Positions 26,344-41,474 are shown, numbered from the stretch's first letter. The stretch is 64,000 nt of DNA from Eledone cirrhosa (GCA_964016885.1 OZ024764.1:11470001-11534000), one strand, 5' to 3'. Notes: a model not told the origin generated them from the letters alone. A program made the numbers and translations.

Positions 26344-26500
26344 ATGTATATATATATATATGTATGTATGCATATATATGGATATATATTTATATATATA
26401 TGTATGTATGTATGCATATATATGGATATATATTTGAATATATATATATATGTATGTATGTATGTATATAAATGTCTGTGTATATATGTATGTGTACATA

Positions 26501-26541
<41 letters not shown>

Positions 26542-26628
26542 TTATATATATATATATATATACAAACATCCATTATACACACACACCCATATATAAATAA
26601 ACATACACATATACACATGTACACACAC

Positions 26629-26679
<51 letters not shown>

Positions 26680-26682
26680 CGT

Positions 26683-26713
<31 letters not shown>

Positions 26714-26715
26714 CG

Positions 26716-26748
<33 letters not shown>

Positions 26749-27845
26749 GAACACATACACATATATATATATATATACGTACACACACATGTATATATAT
26801 ATATATACACACACACGTAATCTACTTCATTTTATTCTACCAAATCTTCTAAATCCTACATGTATCTTTTGAAAAGAGAAGAAAAAAATGACTCTATTGT
26901 AAAACTCACCACAACTACTACAACCACTACCACATCACACCACTACCACCAACACCATCACGAACACTACCACACCACTACTATCACCACCACCATGAAC
27001 ACTACCACCACTACCACCAACAATACTATCACCACTACCACCAACACCATCACGAACACTACCACACCACTACTATCACCACCATCATGAACACTACCAC
27101 CACTACCACCAACAATACTATCACCACTACCACCACCACTACCACTACCACCACATCACACTGCCACTACCACTATAACCACCACTAGCAACACTACCAC
27201 CAACACTACTACCACCAGCAACACTACCACCAACACTACTACCACCAACACTACTACCACCACCACCACCAAACACCACCACCAACACAACCACCACCAC
27301 TACAATGACCACTACCACCACCACTACCACCACACTACTATCACTACCATCAACACAACCACCAACACTACAACCTCCACTACACTGACCACCACAAACA
27401 TCACTACCAACACCAACACCACCACTGACACCACCACCACAAACATCACCAACACCACCACCACCATCAGTACAATCAACACCACCACCACCACCACCAT
27501 CAGTACAACCAACACCAACACCACCATCAGTACAACCAACACCACCACCATCAGTACAACCAACATCAACACCACCACCACCATCAGTACAACCAACACC
27601 ACCACCATCAGTACAACCAACATCAACACCACCACCACCATCAGTACAACCAACATCAACACCACCACCACCATCAGTACAACCAACACCACCACCATCA
27701 GTACAACCAACATCAACACCACCACCACCATCAGTACAACCAACACCAACACCACCACCACCATCAGTACAACCAACATCAACACCACCACCACCATCAG
27801 TACAACCAACATCACCACCACCACCACCATCAGTACAACCAACAG
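25440..27845. repeat. Compound (AAC/AAT)n, (GGT)n, (TA/CA)n and (ACC)n-catcagtacaacc tracts
   Basis: Direct reading. Confidence 0.9.
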
Positions 27846-28725
27846 CATCTATTTAAACCAAACAACAATCAGAGCCCCTTGAGTTCACAACTACTACCCC
27901 CCCCCACACACACACACACGCGCGCAGACACCATCACCACCAACACCCCACCACCACTACCCCCCCCCCATATTTACATCTATTTAAATTCCATCTAAAC
28001 CATTTATGGGCTGTTAAATGTAACATGTGACCCCTCACTGAATACAATTAACCCTTGCCGGGGAGAGAGGTGGTGGTGGAGGAGGTGGTGGTGGTGGTGG
28101 TGAAGGAGGAGGTGGTGATGGTGGTGGTGGTGGTGGTGGTGGTGGAGGTGTTGGGTGGAAGGCGAAGAATTAAAACAAGCACCAAAATATATTCTTTTCT
28201 TCTTGTACATATGTACAAATATGGATATGTGTGTGTGTGTGAATATATATATATATATATGTGTGTGTGCGTGTGTGTGAATATATATATATGTGTGCGT
28301 GTGTGTGAATATATATATATGTGTGCGTGTGTGTGAATATATATATATATATATGTGTGTGTGAATATGTGTGTGTGTGTGTGTGTGTGAATATATATAT
28401 ATATAAGTGTGTGTGTGAATATATGTGTGTGTGTGTGTGTGTGAATATATATATATATAAGTGTGTGTGTGAATATATGTGTGTGTGAATATATATATAT
28501 GTGTGTGTGTATATATATATGTGTTAGTATTTAATGCATATATATATAGAGAGAGAGAGAAAGAAAAAGAGGAAGAGAGCCATATGTGTGTGTATATATA
28601 TATATATACATATATTTGTATATATATATATATATATATGTATATATAGATATATATATATATCTATATATATATACATACATACATAGAGAGAGAGAGT
28701 GAGAAAAAGAGAGAGATATAAATAC

Positions 28726-28882
<157 letters not shown>

Positions 28883-28956
28883 CATAGAGAGAGAGAGTGA
28901 GAAAAAGAGAGAGATATATACATATATATAATATATATATACACATACATATGTAC

Positions 28957-28990
<34 letters not shown>

Positions 28991-29264
28991 GTGTGTATGC
29001 GTATGTATATATACACACACAAACACATATATATATATATATAAACACATACATATATATATTTATGTGTGAGTGAAGATATAAACTAATAAATTTATGA
29101 ATGTTCTGATGGAGAGCTGCCATCTTCCTCTCTATATTTACTGCGGAATAGTTCGATATCTACAGGTGTCTGATGGACCATGTATATTACCCATCATCGT
29201 CATCATCATCATCGACCTCTTTATAGTGTGGCCTGGGTGCTTTTTATATACATACACACGCATC

Positions 29265-30000
29265 ACCATCATTTTATGTCTGCTTTTCCCTGCTTGCAAG
29301 GGTGGGACGGGTCCTATTTAGCATAACAATAGCATCTCTCCACTTGTCACGGTCCTTCGTCATCTCCTCCGTGAGCTTCAGCGATCTGAGCTCAGCTCTC
29401 ACCACCCCTGCCCATGATTTCAGTGGTCTACCTCTACTGCATCTTCAATCAAGCTATATATGGCAGTGTCATACCCAAAGACTGGTGCAGCAGTATTCTC
29501 ATAAAAGCTAAATATAGTGGCTTATTCTTCTCTAAGAACCTCTCTTGTAGTTGTCTCACTAAGAAGAGGGCATCCGTTGTACTTTACCCAGGCACAAAAC
29601 CAATCTGCATCTCATCTAATTTGACCCTTTCATATATATCATCATCATCATCAATTTACGTCCTCTTTTCCCTGCTTGCAAGGGTGGGACGGGTCCTATT
29701 CAGCACAGCATCTCTCCACTTGTCACGGTGCTTCGTCATCTCCTCCATGAGTTTCAGCAATCTGAAGTCAGCTCTCACCACCTCCCACCCATCTTTTTTG
29801 TGGTCTTCCTCTACTGCGTCTTTCTTCTACTGGGATTTTTTGGCACTTCTTTACCCAGCGGTCATCCTCCATGCACATCACATGTCCATACCACCGTAGT
29901 CTCCTCTCCTGCACATCACAACTTATCCCTCTTATACAGTTTCTTTCTCAACTCATCCATGCTTGGTCGTTTACGCACACTGGCATTGCACATCCAATGT
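29265..30000 (-). mobile_element. Two 3' fragments of a second RTE subfamily plus rearranged internal RT pieces
   Basis: Tail ttttccctgcttgcaagggtgggacggg occurs twice; + strand gives VIPKDWCSSILI; - strand gives LDEMQIGFVPG*STTDALFLVRQLQERFLEKNKPLYLAF. Confidence 0.85.
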
Positions 30001-30049
30001 CATCATCACCACCATTACCACCACCGTCATCATCATCACCATCACCACC

Positions 30050-30570
30050 ATCATACCACCATCACCATCATTAAACCACCATCACCACCATCATACCACC
30101 ATCACCACCATCATACCACCATCACCACCATCATACCACCATCACCACCATCATACCACCATCACCACCATCATACCACCATCACCACCATCATACCACC
30201 ATCACCACCATCATACCACCATCACCACCATCATACCACCATCACTACCATCATACCACCATCACCACCATCATACCACCATCACCACCATCATACCACC
30301 ATCACTACCATCATACCACCATCACCACCATCATACCACCATCACCACCATCATACCACCATCACCACCATCATACCACCATCACCACCATCATACCACC
30401 ATCACCACCATCATACCACCATCACTACCATCATACCACCATCACCACCATCATACCACCATCACCACCATCATACCACCATCACTACCATCATACCACC
30501 ATCACCACCATCATACCACCATCACCACCATCATACCACCATCACCACCATCATACCACCATCACCATCA
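30050..30570. repeat. 20-bp minisatellite tcataccaccatcaccacca within CAC-rich DNA extending to ~31930
   Basis: Exact 20-bp period; a variant atcactacca occurs at 30241, 30301, 30421, 30481. Confidence 0.95.
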
Positions 30571-31268
30571 TTACTACCTTCATCACCACCATCATTACCA
30601 TCACCACCATCACCATCATCACCACCATCACCAACATCATTACCACCATCCCCACCATCATCACCATTACCACCACCACTGCTATCATCATCCCCAATAT
30701 CATCATAATCACCATCACACCCGGCATCACCATCACCACCACCATTATGTCACAGCCATCACCACTATCACCATCCCCTCGACAAACTTAAACCACCAAC
30801 ACAGTCATCGCCACCACCACACCACCCCATCATAAACAACATCACCACTGCCACATTCATAAACACCATCATCACCACCACCAGCACCACCACCACCACC
30901 AGCACCACCACCACCACCAGCGCCACCACCACCACCACCACCACCACCACCACCACCACCACCACCACCACCACCACCACCACCACTACCACCACCACCA
31001 CCACTACCACCACCACCACCACCAACACCACCACCACCACACCATCATAAACAACATCACCACTGCCACATTCATAAACACCATCATCACCATTACCAGC
31101 ACCACCACCACCACCACCACCACACCACACCATCATAAACATCACCACTGCCACATTCATAAACACCATCACCACCACCACCACCATCATCATCACCACT
31201 ATCACCATCACCTCGACAACCTCCACCACTACCAGAGAGACAGTTGATACACAGACACACACACATGC

Positions 31269-31308
<40 letters not shown>

Positions 31309-32369
31309 CTCACACACACACATCACCGCTACCACCACCACAATCACTATCAACACCACCACCACTGCCACCTCCACAATCACTACCCTCACCACCACCA
31401 CCACAATCACTATCAACACCACCACAACACCACCACAACCACAACACCACAATGACTCCACCACCACAACACCACCACCACCACCATCACCACCACCACC
31501 ACAACAACAACACCACCACCACAACAACACCACCACCACAATGACACCACCACCACCACCACCACCACCACCACCACCACCACCACCACAACACCACCAA
31601 CACCAGTACCACCATCAACACCACTACCACAACCACAACACCACAATGACACCACCACCACCACAATGACATCACCACCACCACCACAACACCATCACCA
31701 CCACCACAACGACACCACCACCACAACGACACCACCACCACCACCACAACGACTCCACCACCACAACACCACCACCACAATGACACCACCACGACCACCA
31801 CCACAACACCACCAACACCACTACCACAACGACACCACCACCACAACACCACCAACACCAGTACCACCATCAACACCACTACCACAACGACGACACCACC
31901 ACAATACCACCACACCACCACCACCACCAACTATTCTCTTCCTTTCACTTTGTTAAAAATGAAGGCTATATTTTCATTTCTTTTGGCTGTGGAGTGTGAG
32001 GGGTGGGGTTAGAGGGGGGAGATGGGGTTGAGAATGGTTAATAATAAAATCTATGGCTTCTCTGATTGGAAAGACATTTGCTTGGCTTGAAATATATTTG
32101 ATATGGAGCGTCAAAGAATAGAAAGGGGTGAGCGAAAGAGATGGTAAGGTGCTGTGGAACAGTTTGGACCCCCCTGAGGGTAACGTGGACACAGCAATAG
32201 TGGGTAGTGGATCTTCTTCAGTTCCGACGATGAGTTTTTCCAGTAGTTTCGATCAACAGAACAGCACAGCTTGCTCGTGAATCTGTCTTTATGGGGCTGT
32301 CCGAGTCTTTGACAATCCCCCAAATGCATGGCAAACATCTTCTACTGGATACATTCTCGATGTTAAACG

Positions 32370-32640
32370 AACTGACCATGTCAAAAATAATTGGTATTTG
32401 TGCCAACCCTTACTTACGGTGATGATTCTTGAGTAATGACCGAAAGGATACGATGATGAATACATGTAGCTGAAATAGGGTTCCTCAAAAGGGTCTTTAG
32501 AGTAACGTTACTTGATAGAGTGTGTAGCTCGGAGATCAGAAAGTTACTCCAAGTAGTGCCGCTACTTCTCCAAAATGAGAGATCACAGCTCTGATACTAC
32601 AGACATGTGGTTAGAATGTCCCAGGAAAGAATCTCTGGAT
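32370..32640 (+). mobile_element. Decayed Rex3-like RTE ORF fragment
   Basis: FVPTLTYG...VMTERIR..IHVAEIGFLKRV...LDRVCSSEIRKLLQVVPLLLQNERSQL*YYRHVVRMSQER. Confidence 0.8.
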
Positions 32641-34095
32641 TGAGAGATCACAGCTCTGATACTACAGACATGTGGTTAGAATGTCTCAGGAAAGAATCTC
32701 TGGATTGAGAGATCACAGCTCTGATACTACAGACATGTGGTTAGAATGTCCCAGGAAAGAATCTCTGGATTGAGAGATCACAGCTCTGATACTACAGACA
32801 TGTGGTTAGAATGTCTCAGGAAAGAATCTCTGGATTGAGATATCACAGCTCTGATACTACAGATATGTGGTTAGAATGTCTCAGGAAAGAATCTCTGGAT
32901 TGAGAGATCACAGCTCTGATATTACAGACATGTGGTTAGAATGTCTCAGGAAAGAATCTCTGAATTGAGAGATCACAGTTCCGATACTACAGACATGTGG
33001 TTAGAATGTCCCAGGAAAGAATCTCTGGATTGAGAGATCACAGCTCTGATACTACAGACATGTGGTTAGAATGTCTGAGGAAAGAATCTCTGAATTGAGA
33101 GATCACAGCTCTGATACTACAGACGTGGTTAGAATGTCTCAGGAAAGAATCTCTGAATTGAGAGATCACAGTTCCGATACTACAGACATGTGGTTAGAAT
33201 GTCTGAGGAAAGAACCTCTGAATTGAGAGATCACAGTTCCGATACTACAGACATGTGGTTAGAATGTCTCAGGAAAGAATCTCTGAATTGAGAGATCACA
33301 GCTCTGATACTACAGACGTGGTTAGAATGTCACAGGAAAGAACCTCTGAATTGAGAGATCACAGCTCTGATACTACAGACATGTGGTTAGAATGTCTGAG
33401 GAAAGAACCTCTGAATTGAGAGATCACAGTTCCGATACTACAGACATGTGGTTAGAATGTCTTAGGAAAGAATCACTGAATTGAGAGATCACAGCTCTGA
33501 TACTACAGACATGTGGTTAGAATGTCTTAGGAAAGAATCTCTGGATTGAGGGATCACAGCTCTGATACTACAGACATATGGATAGAATGTCTCAGGAAAG
33601 AATCTCTGGATGGAGAGATCACAGCTCTGATACTACAGACATGTGGTTAGAATGTCCCAGGAAAGAATCTCTGGATTGAGAGATCACAGCTCTGATACTA
33701 CAGACATGTGGTTAGAATGTCTCAGGAAAGAATCTCTGAATTGAGAGATCACAGTTCCGATACTACAGACATGTGGTTAGAATGTCCCAGGAAAGAATCT
33801 CTGGATTGAGAGATCACAGCTCTGATACTACAGACATGTGGTTAGAATGTCTGAGGAAAGAATCTCTGAATTGAGAGATCACAGCTCTGATACTACAGAC
33901 GTGGTTAGAATGTCACAGGAAAGAATCTCTGAATTGAGAGATCACAGTTCCGATACTACAGACATGTGGTTAGAATGTCTCAGGTAACAATCTCTGAATT
34001 GAGAGATCACAGCTCTGATACTACAGACGTGGTTAGAATGTCACAGGAAAGAATCTCTGAATTGAGAGATCACAGTTCCGATACTACAGACATGT
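32577..34095 (+). repeat. 65-bp tandem array (~23 copies) derived from the adjacent RTE ORF
   Basis: gatcacagctctgatactacagacatgtggttagaatg at 32581, 32646, 32711... Confidence 0.95.
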
Positions 34096-34097
34096 AA

Positions 34098-34209
34098 CAC
34101 GAGCGAGACACGGTCACCCGACCAATCTTGCCTCAAGTGGGACAACTCCCATCTAACCCATGCTAGTGTGGAAGATAGACATTAAACGAAGATGATGATG
34201 ATGATGATG
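34098..34209 (+). mobile_element. RTE 3' terminus with (GAT)n
   Basis: gcctcaagtgggacaactccc...cattaaacgaagatgatgat. Confidence 0.85.
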
Positions 34210-34274
34210 TGATAGATAGAGGAATAGCAGTTAGAGCAAGTTAGATAGATAGATATGTAGATAGGTAGATATAC

Positions 34275-34412
<138 letters not shown>

Positions 34413-35074
34413 GGAGGCAGGGAGAGATAAGCAAACTAGATAAGACAAAACTAGACACACACACACACACACACACCACATCACACACACACACATCACA
34501 CAGACACGCAACACACACCACAAGCGCACACACTACACCACAAACCAAACCACACACACAACACTACACATACACACACAACCCACACCACACACACATC
34601 ACACAGACACACTACACCACACACACACACAAACAAAAACAAAAAAACCACACCACACACACGCCACACTACACATACACACACAAACCAAACCATACAC
34701 ACACAACACTACACACACACACGCAAACCAAACCACCCCACTACACATACACACAAAAACCAAACCACACTACCCACACACACACACAAACCACACACCA
34801 CACACACACCACACCACACACACACCACACACACACACCACACACACACCACACACACCACACCACACACATCTAACGACGACAACAACAACAACAATAA
34901 GAAGCTGAAGAAATAAGATCTTAGTCAGTTATATATTAAAGCAATAAATACATATTGGAAAAAATCAATAGAGATAATTCATAGATATACAAAACATATA
35001 TATATATATATATATGTGTATGTATATATATATATATATGTATGTATATATATATGTATATATATATGTATATG

Positions 35075-35106
<32 letters not shown>

Positions 35107-35192
35107 TGTGTGTGTATATGTATATATGTGTATATGTATACATATATATATCTGTGTATATGTATATATATATATATATATACATATATATG

Positions 35193-35288
<96 letters not shown>

Positions 35289-35339
35289 CATATACACATA
35301 TATATATATATATACACATATATACATATATACATATAT

Positions 35340-35377
<38 letters not shown>

Positions 35378-36387
35378 ATATATATATACATATACATATA
35401 TATACATATATATATATACATATATATATACATATACATATATATATATATATACATATATTATATATACATATAGATATATACATATATATACATAAAG
35501 AGAGTGGGGTGGGTGTTAAAAAATAAAGTTTTACAAACAATACACCATGATTAAAGGACGTGAAAAAAATACTCGGAAAATATTCGCAAGTTTTGTATTT
35601 TTAGCCGACAGACAATAATATTGAGAAATAATATATCTGTAATATTTATATTTGTGTGTGTATGTGTATATGTGTGGGTATGGGGAAGTGTGTGTATGTA
35701 TATGTATGTATTTGTGTGCGATTGTTTGTGTGTATATATGTGTTTTGGGGAATATTTGTGTGTATGTGTGTATGTATGTATATATGTTTATGTGTGTGTA
35801 TGTATGTATTTATGATACATCTGTAATATTTATGTATGTATGTACGTGTGTGTATTTTTGTGTGTATGTATGTATGTTTATGTGTGTGTGTATGTATGTA
35901 TTTATGATACATCTGTAATATTTATGTATGTATGTACGTGTGTGTAATTTTGTGTGTATGTATGTATGTATGTATGTTTATGTGTGTGTATGTATGTATT
36001 TATGATACATTTGTAATATTTATGTATGTATGTACGTGTCTGTATGTTTGTGTGTATGTATGTGTGTGTTTGTATGTATGTATTTATGTGTGTGTGTATG
36101 TATGGGAAAGTATCTGTGTGTGTGTGTATTTATATATATATATGTGTGTGTGTAGGATGAGTATTTGTGTGTGATATATATATATGTATGTATATGTGTG
36201 TGTGGCGGAAGTATTTGTATGTGTGTATGTGTGTGTATGTGTGTGTGGGTAAACTGGCATGTTTATAAATTTGTATATCTTGCACACCGTGATACACTTG
36301 TATACCTTTTCTGCATCTGTATGTTTGTATAAATCTATATAAATGTAAGCATGAGTATATGTGTACATCTATATATATATATATATA

Positions 36388-36755
36388 TCATCATCATCAT
36401 CATCGTTTAACGTCCATATTCCACGCTTGCATGGGTTTGGATGGGAGTTTTCCCACTTGAGGCAGGAGTGGTTGTCTTGCTCGCATAGGACTGTCTGGCG
36501 GGTTTTCTACAGCTGGATGCCCTTCCTAACACCAACCACGTTTACAGTGTGGACTGGGAGGTTTTTACCGTGTTACCTACACGGCCACATTACAGCGTGG
36601 ACTGTGTGTTTTTTTGTCGTGACACCTACACAACCTCATTTGTTTCGGGCTGGATGTTGTGGTACCGACATAACTTTACATTGAAAGGGGTGGTGTGGAT
36701 GGGGTGGAGGTAGTGGGACGGGGGTGTATTTTGTTAGAGGTGCCTACTGACTGTA
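36388..36755 (-). mobile_element. RTE 3' UTR copy
   Basis: Colinear with 42078-42455. Confidence 0.92.
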
Positions 36756-37923
36756 TTAGGTTAATAATTTCGTAAAAATAAATAATTTAAAATTGGCTTC
36801 TTTTCAAAGTTGCACTTCTGGTATATTGTCGCCACCACCACCACTTCAACTACCATATATATAGAAAGAGAGAGTGTGTGATGTCATCACTTCCGGTGGC
36901 AATCGCTTAAATAAACATACTAATTTTCTGTCACTAATTTTCTCCTAATGCAGTTTATATATAATATCGTCTTTTTTTAATGTATCATGGATTACGTTAC
37001 TGATTACATAAGACAGTGTAACGCAGTCTTCGTTCAATTTCTGTTTATATTGTCAATTACGATTTTATTTGATGTATCATATCTACATGTATATATACTT
37101 GCGTATAATATCAATATACACACTACACATGCTAGCAGAAAACCACTCGAGGGTGGTTTTTCTGCTAGTGTATATAATAAAATAAATATGGTTTTATAAA
37201 GATAGTTTCCATTTATTAACATTATTGATATTGTACTCCAGAAGAAAATTGTTGAGTGGTTCTAATCTGTTATAAACTAAATTTGTTGAATAATTAACTA
37301 ATTAAATAACTCATTGCTTATATATTATATATATATATTAAGAATATTTTCGAAACAGCGAGTTGATTTGAAATTATTAGAAGTGTTACATGTACGTCAA
37401 TACTCATCTTTTTCCATTTCTCCGAGGGTTCTTAACCCCACTATCAGGCTAAATAATTTCTTTAATTGCTTTAGTCAAAATACGGCGATAGCTAACATTT
37501 CTAATAATATACATATATATATGTACATACATGTATATATGATGAGGATGATATATATATATATATAAATGAAAAGTATAGAAATTGTTGTAGCGAGAAG
37601 CTAACAGTATTCCATAACATATATGTGACTATAGCGTCAAAATGGGAAAATAGTTAACATAAGATATGGGAAAAATAATTCAGACTCAATTCAAAAGGAA
37701 TCAGGATATAGATTTATCCAACAGAATTTAGAGAAACCCAGGGAAAAATCAATAGAGCCTTAACTCATGATAAAACAAAGTCTAAAGTACTCAACCTTTA
37801 TTTTGGGACAACTTCAAATGCTCTGTATAGTCGCGAAAAGACTATTTCACGAAAACTTTCAGTGGGGATGGTCACGGTTGGATTTCGTTCATCAGCAGAG
37901 CTCAACATGGTAACCAAGGTCTC

Positions 37924-37959
<36 letters not shown>

Positions 37960-38487
37960 AAGTGTGTACTGAGGTTGATATGATTGACTAAATCCTTCAA
38001 ATGTGATGCCCCAGCATGGCCACGGTCTAGTGACCGAAAGTAGTTAAATAATAAAAGAATATAAGAATATAGATGACAGAATGTAAGAATTACATCACTA
38101 AAGGAATGTTTTGACATGAGTGAAAAAACAGCAATGGTGTGTATATATGTGTGGGTATGTATATATATATATATATATACCCACACACATATATATATAT
38201 ATATGTATATGCTCATATGTATATGCATATATATATATATGTATATGCATATATATATATGTGTATATATATATATATATATTTATATATGTATACATGT
38301 ATATATGTATATGTATGTAAATATATATGTGTGTATGTATATATATATGTGTGTGTATGTATATATATGTGTGTGTGTGTATGTATATATGTGTGTGTAT
38401 GTATATAAATGTGTATGTATGTGTGTGTGTGTGTATATATATATATATACACTTGTATATGTATATATATACATATATATATAAGTG

Positions 38488-38535
<48 letters not shown>

Positions 38536-38547
38536 CTACATACATAC

Positions 38548-38578
<31 letters not shown>

Positions 38579-38914
38579 CATATATATATTTGATGTAGTC
38601 TTGGCAGGAGCTGATTGCGATTGGAGTGAGAACAGGAGAGAGAGTGAGAGAGAGTGAGAGAGAGAGTGAGAGGGGGGGCAGGAAGAGAGAAAGAAACAAA
38701 TATAAAATATATAGAGGGAAGGGGGGGAGAAGATGTGGGGGGAGGGAGGAAAATCCGCTGTCATAGCATGACACTGTGATCCGACAGCACTAATCTGATG
38801 TTGTAATACTCATGTCACTGGGAATTGAACCAGGAGAAGGGATCCTACACGGGAAGGTGGGAATTATGGAGTGGGGGAGAAAGGATTTGACATGGATGGT
38901 TTTCTTGTAGGTGG

Positions 38915-39345
38915 TGGTGGTGTTGTTGTGGTTGTGGTGGTGGTGGTGTTGTTGTGGTTGTGGTGGTGGTGGTGGTGGTTTTAGTTGTTGTGGTTGTGGT
39001 GGTGGTGGTGGTGGTTTTAGTTGTTGTGGTTGTGGTGGTGGTGGTGGTGGTTTTAGTTGTTGTTGTTGTGGTGGTGGTGGTGGTTTTAGTTGTTGTGGTG
39101 GTGGTGGTGGTTTTTGTTGTTGTTGTGGTGGTGGTGGTGGTGGTGGTTTTAGTTGTTGTGGTTGTGGTGGTGGTGGTGGTTTTAGTTGTTGTGGTGGTGG
39201 TGGTGGTGGTGGTTTTAGTTGTTGTGGTTGTGGTGGTGGTGGTGGTTTTTGTTGTTGTTGTTGTTGTGGTGGTGGTGGTGGTTTTAGTTGTTGTTGTTGT
39301 GGTGGTGGTGGTGGTTTTAGTTGTTGTGGTTGTGGTGGTGGTTTT
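38915..39345. repeat. ~30-bp ttttagttgttgt(ggt)n minisatellite
   Basis: Direct reading. Confidence 0.9.
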
Positions 39346-39432
39346 TTTTTCTTTTTCGGAATTTTTGTTTTTTTTGTTTAGTTTTGTTATATATAGGTAT
39401 ATAGATGTGTGTGTATATATGTTTATATACAT

Positions 39433-39474
<42 letters not shown>

Positions 39475-39475
<1 letters not shown>

Positions 39476-39972
39476 CGCTATTCCGGGTTGAATCGGAGGT
39501 AACCACAGTAAGTAAGGTACTCAATACATTGCAGAGTATAAAAGTTTTAATATAGATGAGATTCTACAGGACTAGAACTGTTTCATTCTTTAGAAATCAT
39601 CAGGAATCTGGGTATCAAAAAATAAAAGTGGTATTTATAGGTCTCTACAAGTGGTAGGAGAGGGTGGGGAGTGGGATGGGTGTAGGTCATTGGTTGATAG
39701 AAAAGGGAATTCATTAAAAGCTAATTCTACAAAGCTATAGTTTATTTTTATTTATTTATGTTTTTAGAGTAACAAGGGCAGACAGAATTCTATAAACAGG
39801 TTCCGGATGGCATACCATTCCTTGTCATTAAGTTTCTCTTAAGCTAACAGATGTCTATAAGATCAGTGGGGGGTCAGTCATGGTCCATAGAATTAAAGAA
39901 AAGGGAGATTCTTTAAAAGCTAAAATCATTAAGGTTCTACTAAGTGACAAAGGTTTAGAGAATTCTGTAGAC
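39475..39972 (-). mobile_element. Penelope-pLTR/retrozyme-like non-coding module in (TA)n
   Basis: Minus-strand order: CCAAT (39693), TATAAATA (39639), hammerhead, ATTAAA, GTATTGAGTAC (39527-39517), then (TA)n. Confidence 0.65.
39559..39609 (-). ncRNA. Type I hammerhead ribozyme candidate
   Basis: Reverse complement: agattc-CTGATGA-t-ttc-taaa-gaa-t-GAAACAG-ttctagtc-CTGTA-gaatct; perfect 6-bp stem I, GUA triplet. Confidence 0.8.
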
Positions 39973-39997
39973 ATATATATATATATGTGTGTGTATG

Positions 39998-40040
<43 letters not shown>

Positions 40041-40044
40041 ATGA

Positions 40045-40445
40045 GATGACCCCTTAGCCTTTGTCAAGGCAGAATTCTAGGAGAAGGAAAACTCTGATAT
40101 AACACCTGCAACCCTGATGGTATCCAATGATGTTGACATGTTCTTCTTTTTGGTAAATATCTTGGTTAAGAGAGTGGGATTGGCTTTGTGCAGTGCCTTT
40201 GCTCACTATAAAAGCTTCACGGCACAGGCATTGCTTTATATCTGGAGATCTCTCTGCACTTGTCATCACATGGTACCATGGGCCCAGCACTATGTGTCAA
40301 TAATTGTCACAAGTGTAGTGTTTGTACCAGAGTTTTCAAGTCGCTGGCTGGACTAGAAAGTCACACTCGTTCAGCGCATCGGTAGGGGTTCTCCTACATG
40401 GATATAAAGTAGTGGCCGTACTCGAAAACGAGTTGGCAGCCACCA
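40045..40445 (+). mobile_element. Possible RTE-type 5' region fragment
   Basis: tagcctttgtcaaggca..tctaggagaaggaaaactctga resembles recalled RTE 5' UTR motifs; no ORF support. Confidence 0.35.
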
Positions 40446-40535
40446 TGTATGTATGTATATGTGTGTGTGTGTGTATGGTTATATATATATGTGTGTATAT
40501 ATATATATAACCATATACACACACACATATATATA

Positions 40536-40578
<43 letters not shown>

Positions 40579-40787
40579 ATGTATGTGTGTGTATGTATAT
40601 ATATATGTGTTTGTGTGTGTATATGTATGTATATATACGTGTATGTATGTGTGCATGTGTGTATATATATGTTTGTATGTATGTATATATGTATGTATGT
40701 AAATATGTATCTGTATACATGTGTATATATATATGTATATATATATGTATGTTTGTAAATATGTATATATGTATCTGTATGCATGTG

Positions 40788-40822
<35 letters not shown>

Positions 40823-40919
40823 TATCACACATCTAAATTATAAACGTGAGCAATCAGGCAATATATAGTGTATATATCTATCCACCCCTCACTCTCCCTT
40901 CTCTCACTCTTTATATATC

Positions 40920-40970
<51 letters not shown>

Positions 40971-41049
40971 ATATATGTATATAAAATACACACGCACACA
41001 GATATACAGATAGATATATACACACATATATACACATATATGCATACAC

Positions 41050-41104
<55 letters not shown>

Positions 41105-41267
41105 CGTGCGTGTGTGTGTGTATATATATACTCTTTTACTCTTTTACCTGTTTCAGCCATCCGGCTGAGGCCATGCTGGGGCACCGCCCTTATATAATTT
41201 ATTTATTTATTCACACAACCATTTAAACATATAGTTTCCATTTGTAATATATTGTATATATATATAT

Positions 41268-41472
41268 ATAGGAACCAGTAAGACCCCAACAGCTGAGCTC
41301 AAGCCGTTTCGACGGCTAATTCTGGACGAATTCTAAGTCCAGAATTAGCCGTCGAAACGGCTTGAGCTCAGCTGTCGGGGTCTCACTGGTTCCTATTACC
41401 CACTCTACTACCTCAAGTATTGAGTACTTTGGTGCGTTATGGTCCACCTGGTTCCTTACCACATTTCCTTCG

Positions 41473-41474
<2 letters not shown>
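41268..41474 (+). mobile_element. Penelope-pLTR/retrozyme-like fragment with 129-bp fold-back palindrome and 3' half of a hammerhead
   Basis: Arms 41268-41327 and 41337-41396; GAAACGGC-ttgagctca-GCTGTC-ggggtc; GTATTGAGTAC at 41417; (TA)n on both sides. Confidence 0.7.

Noticed and set aside
34900-34930. ctgaagaaataagatcttagtc as a collapsed hammerhead
   Set aside because: There is no stem II and the core motifs overlap; chance is an adequate explanation.
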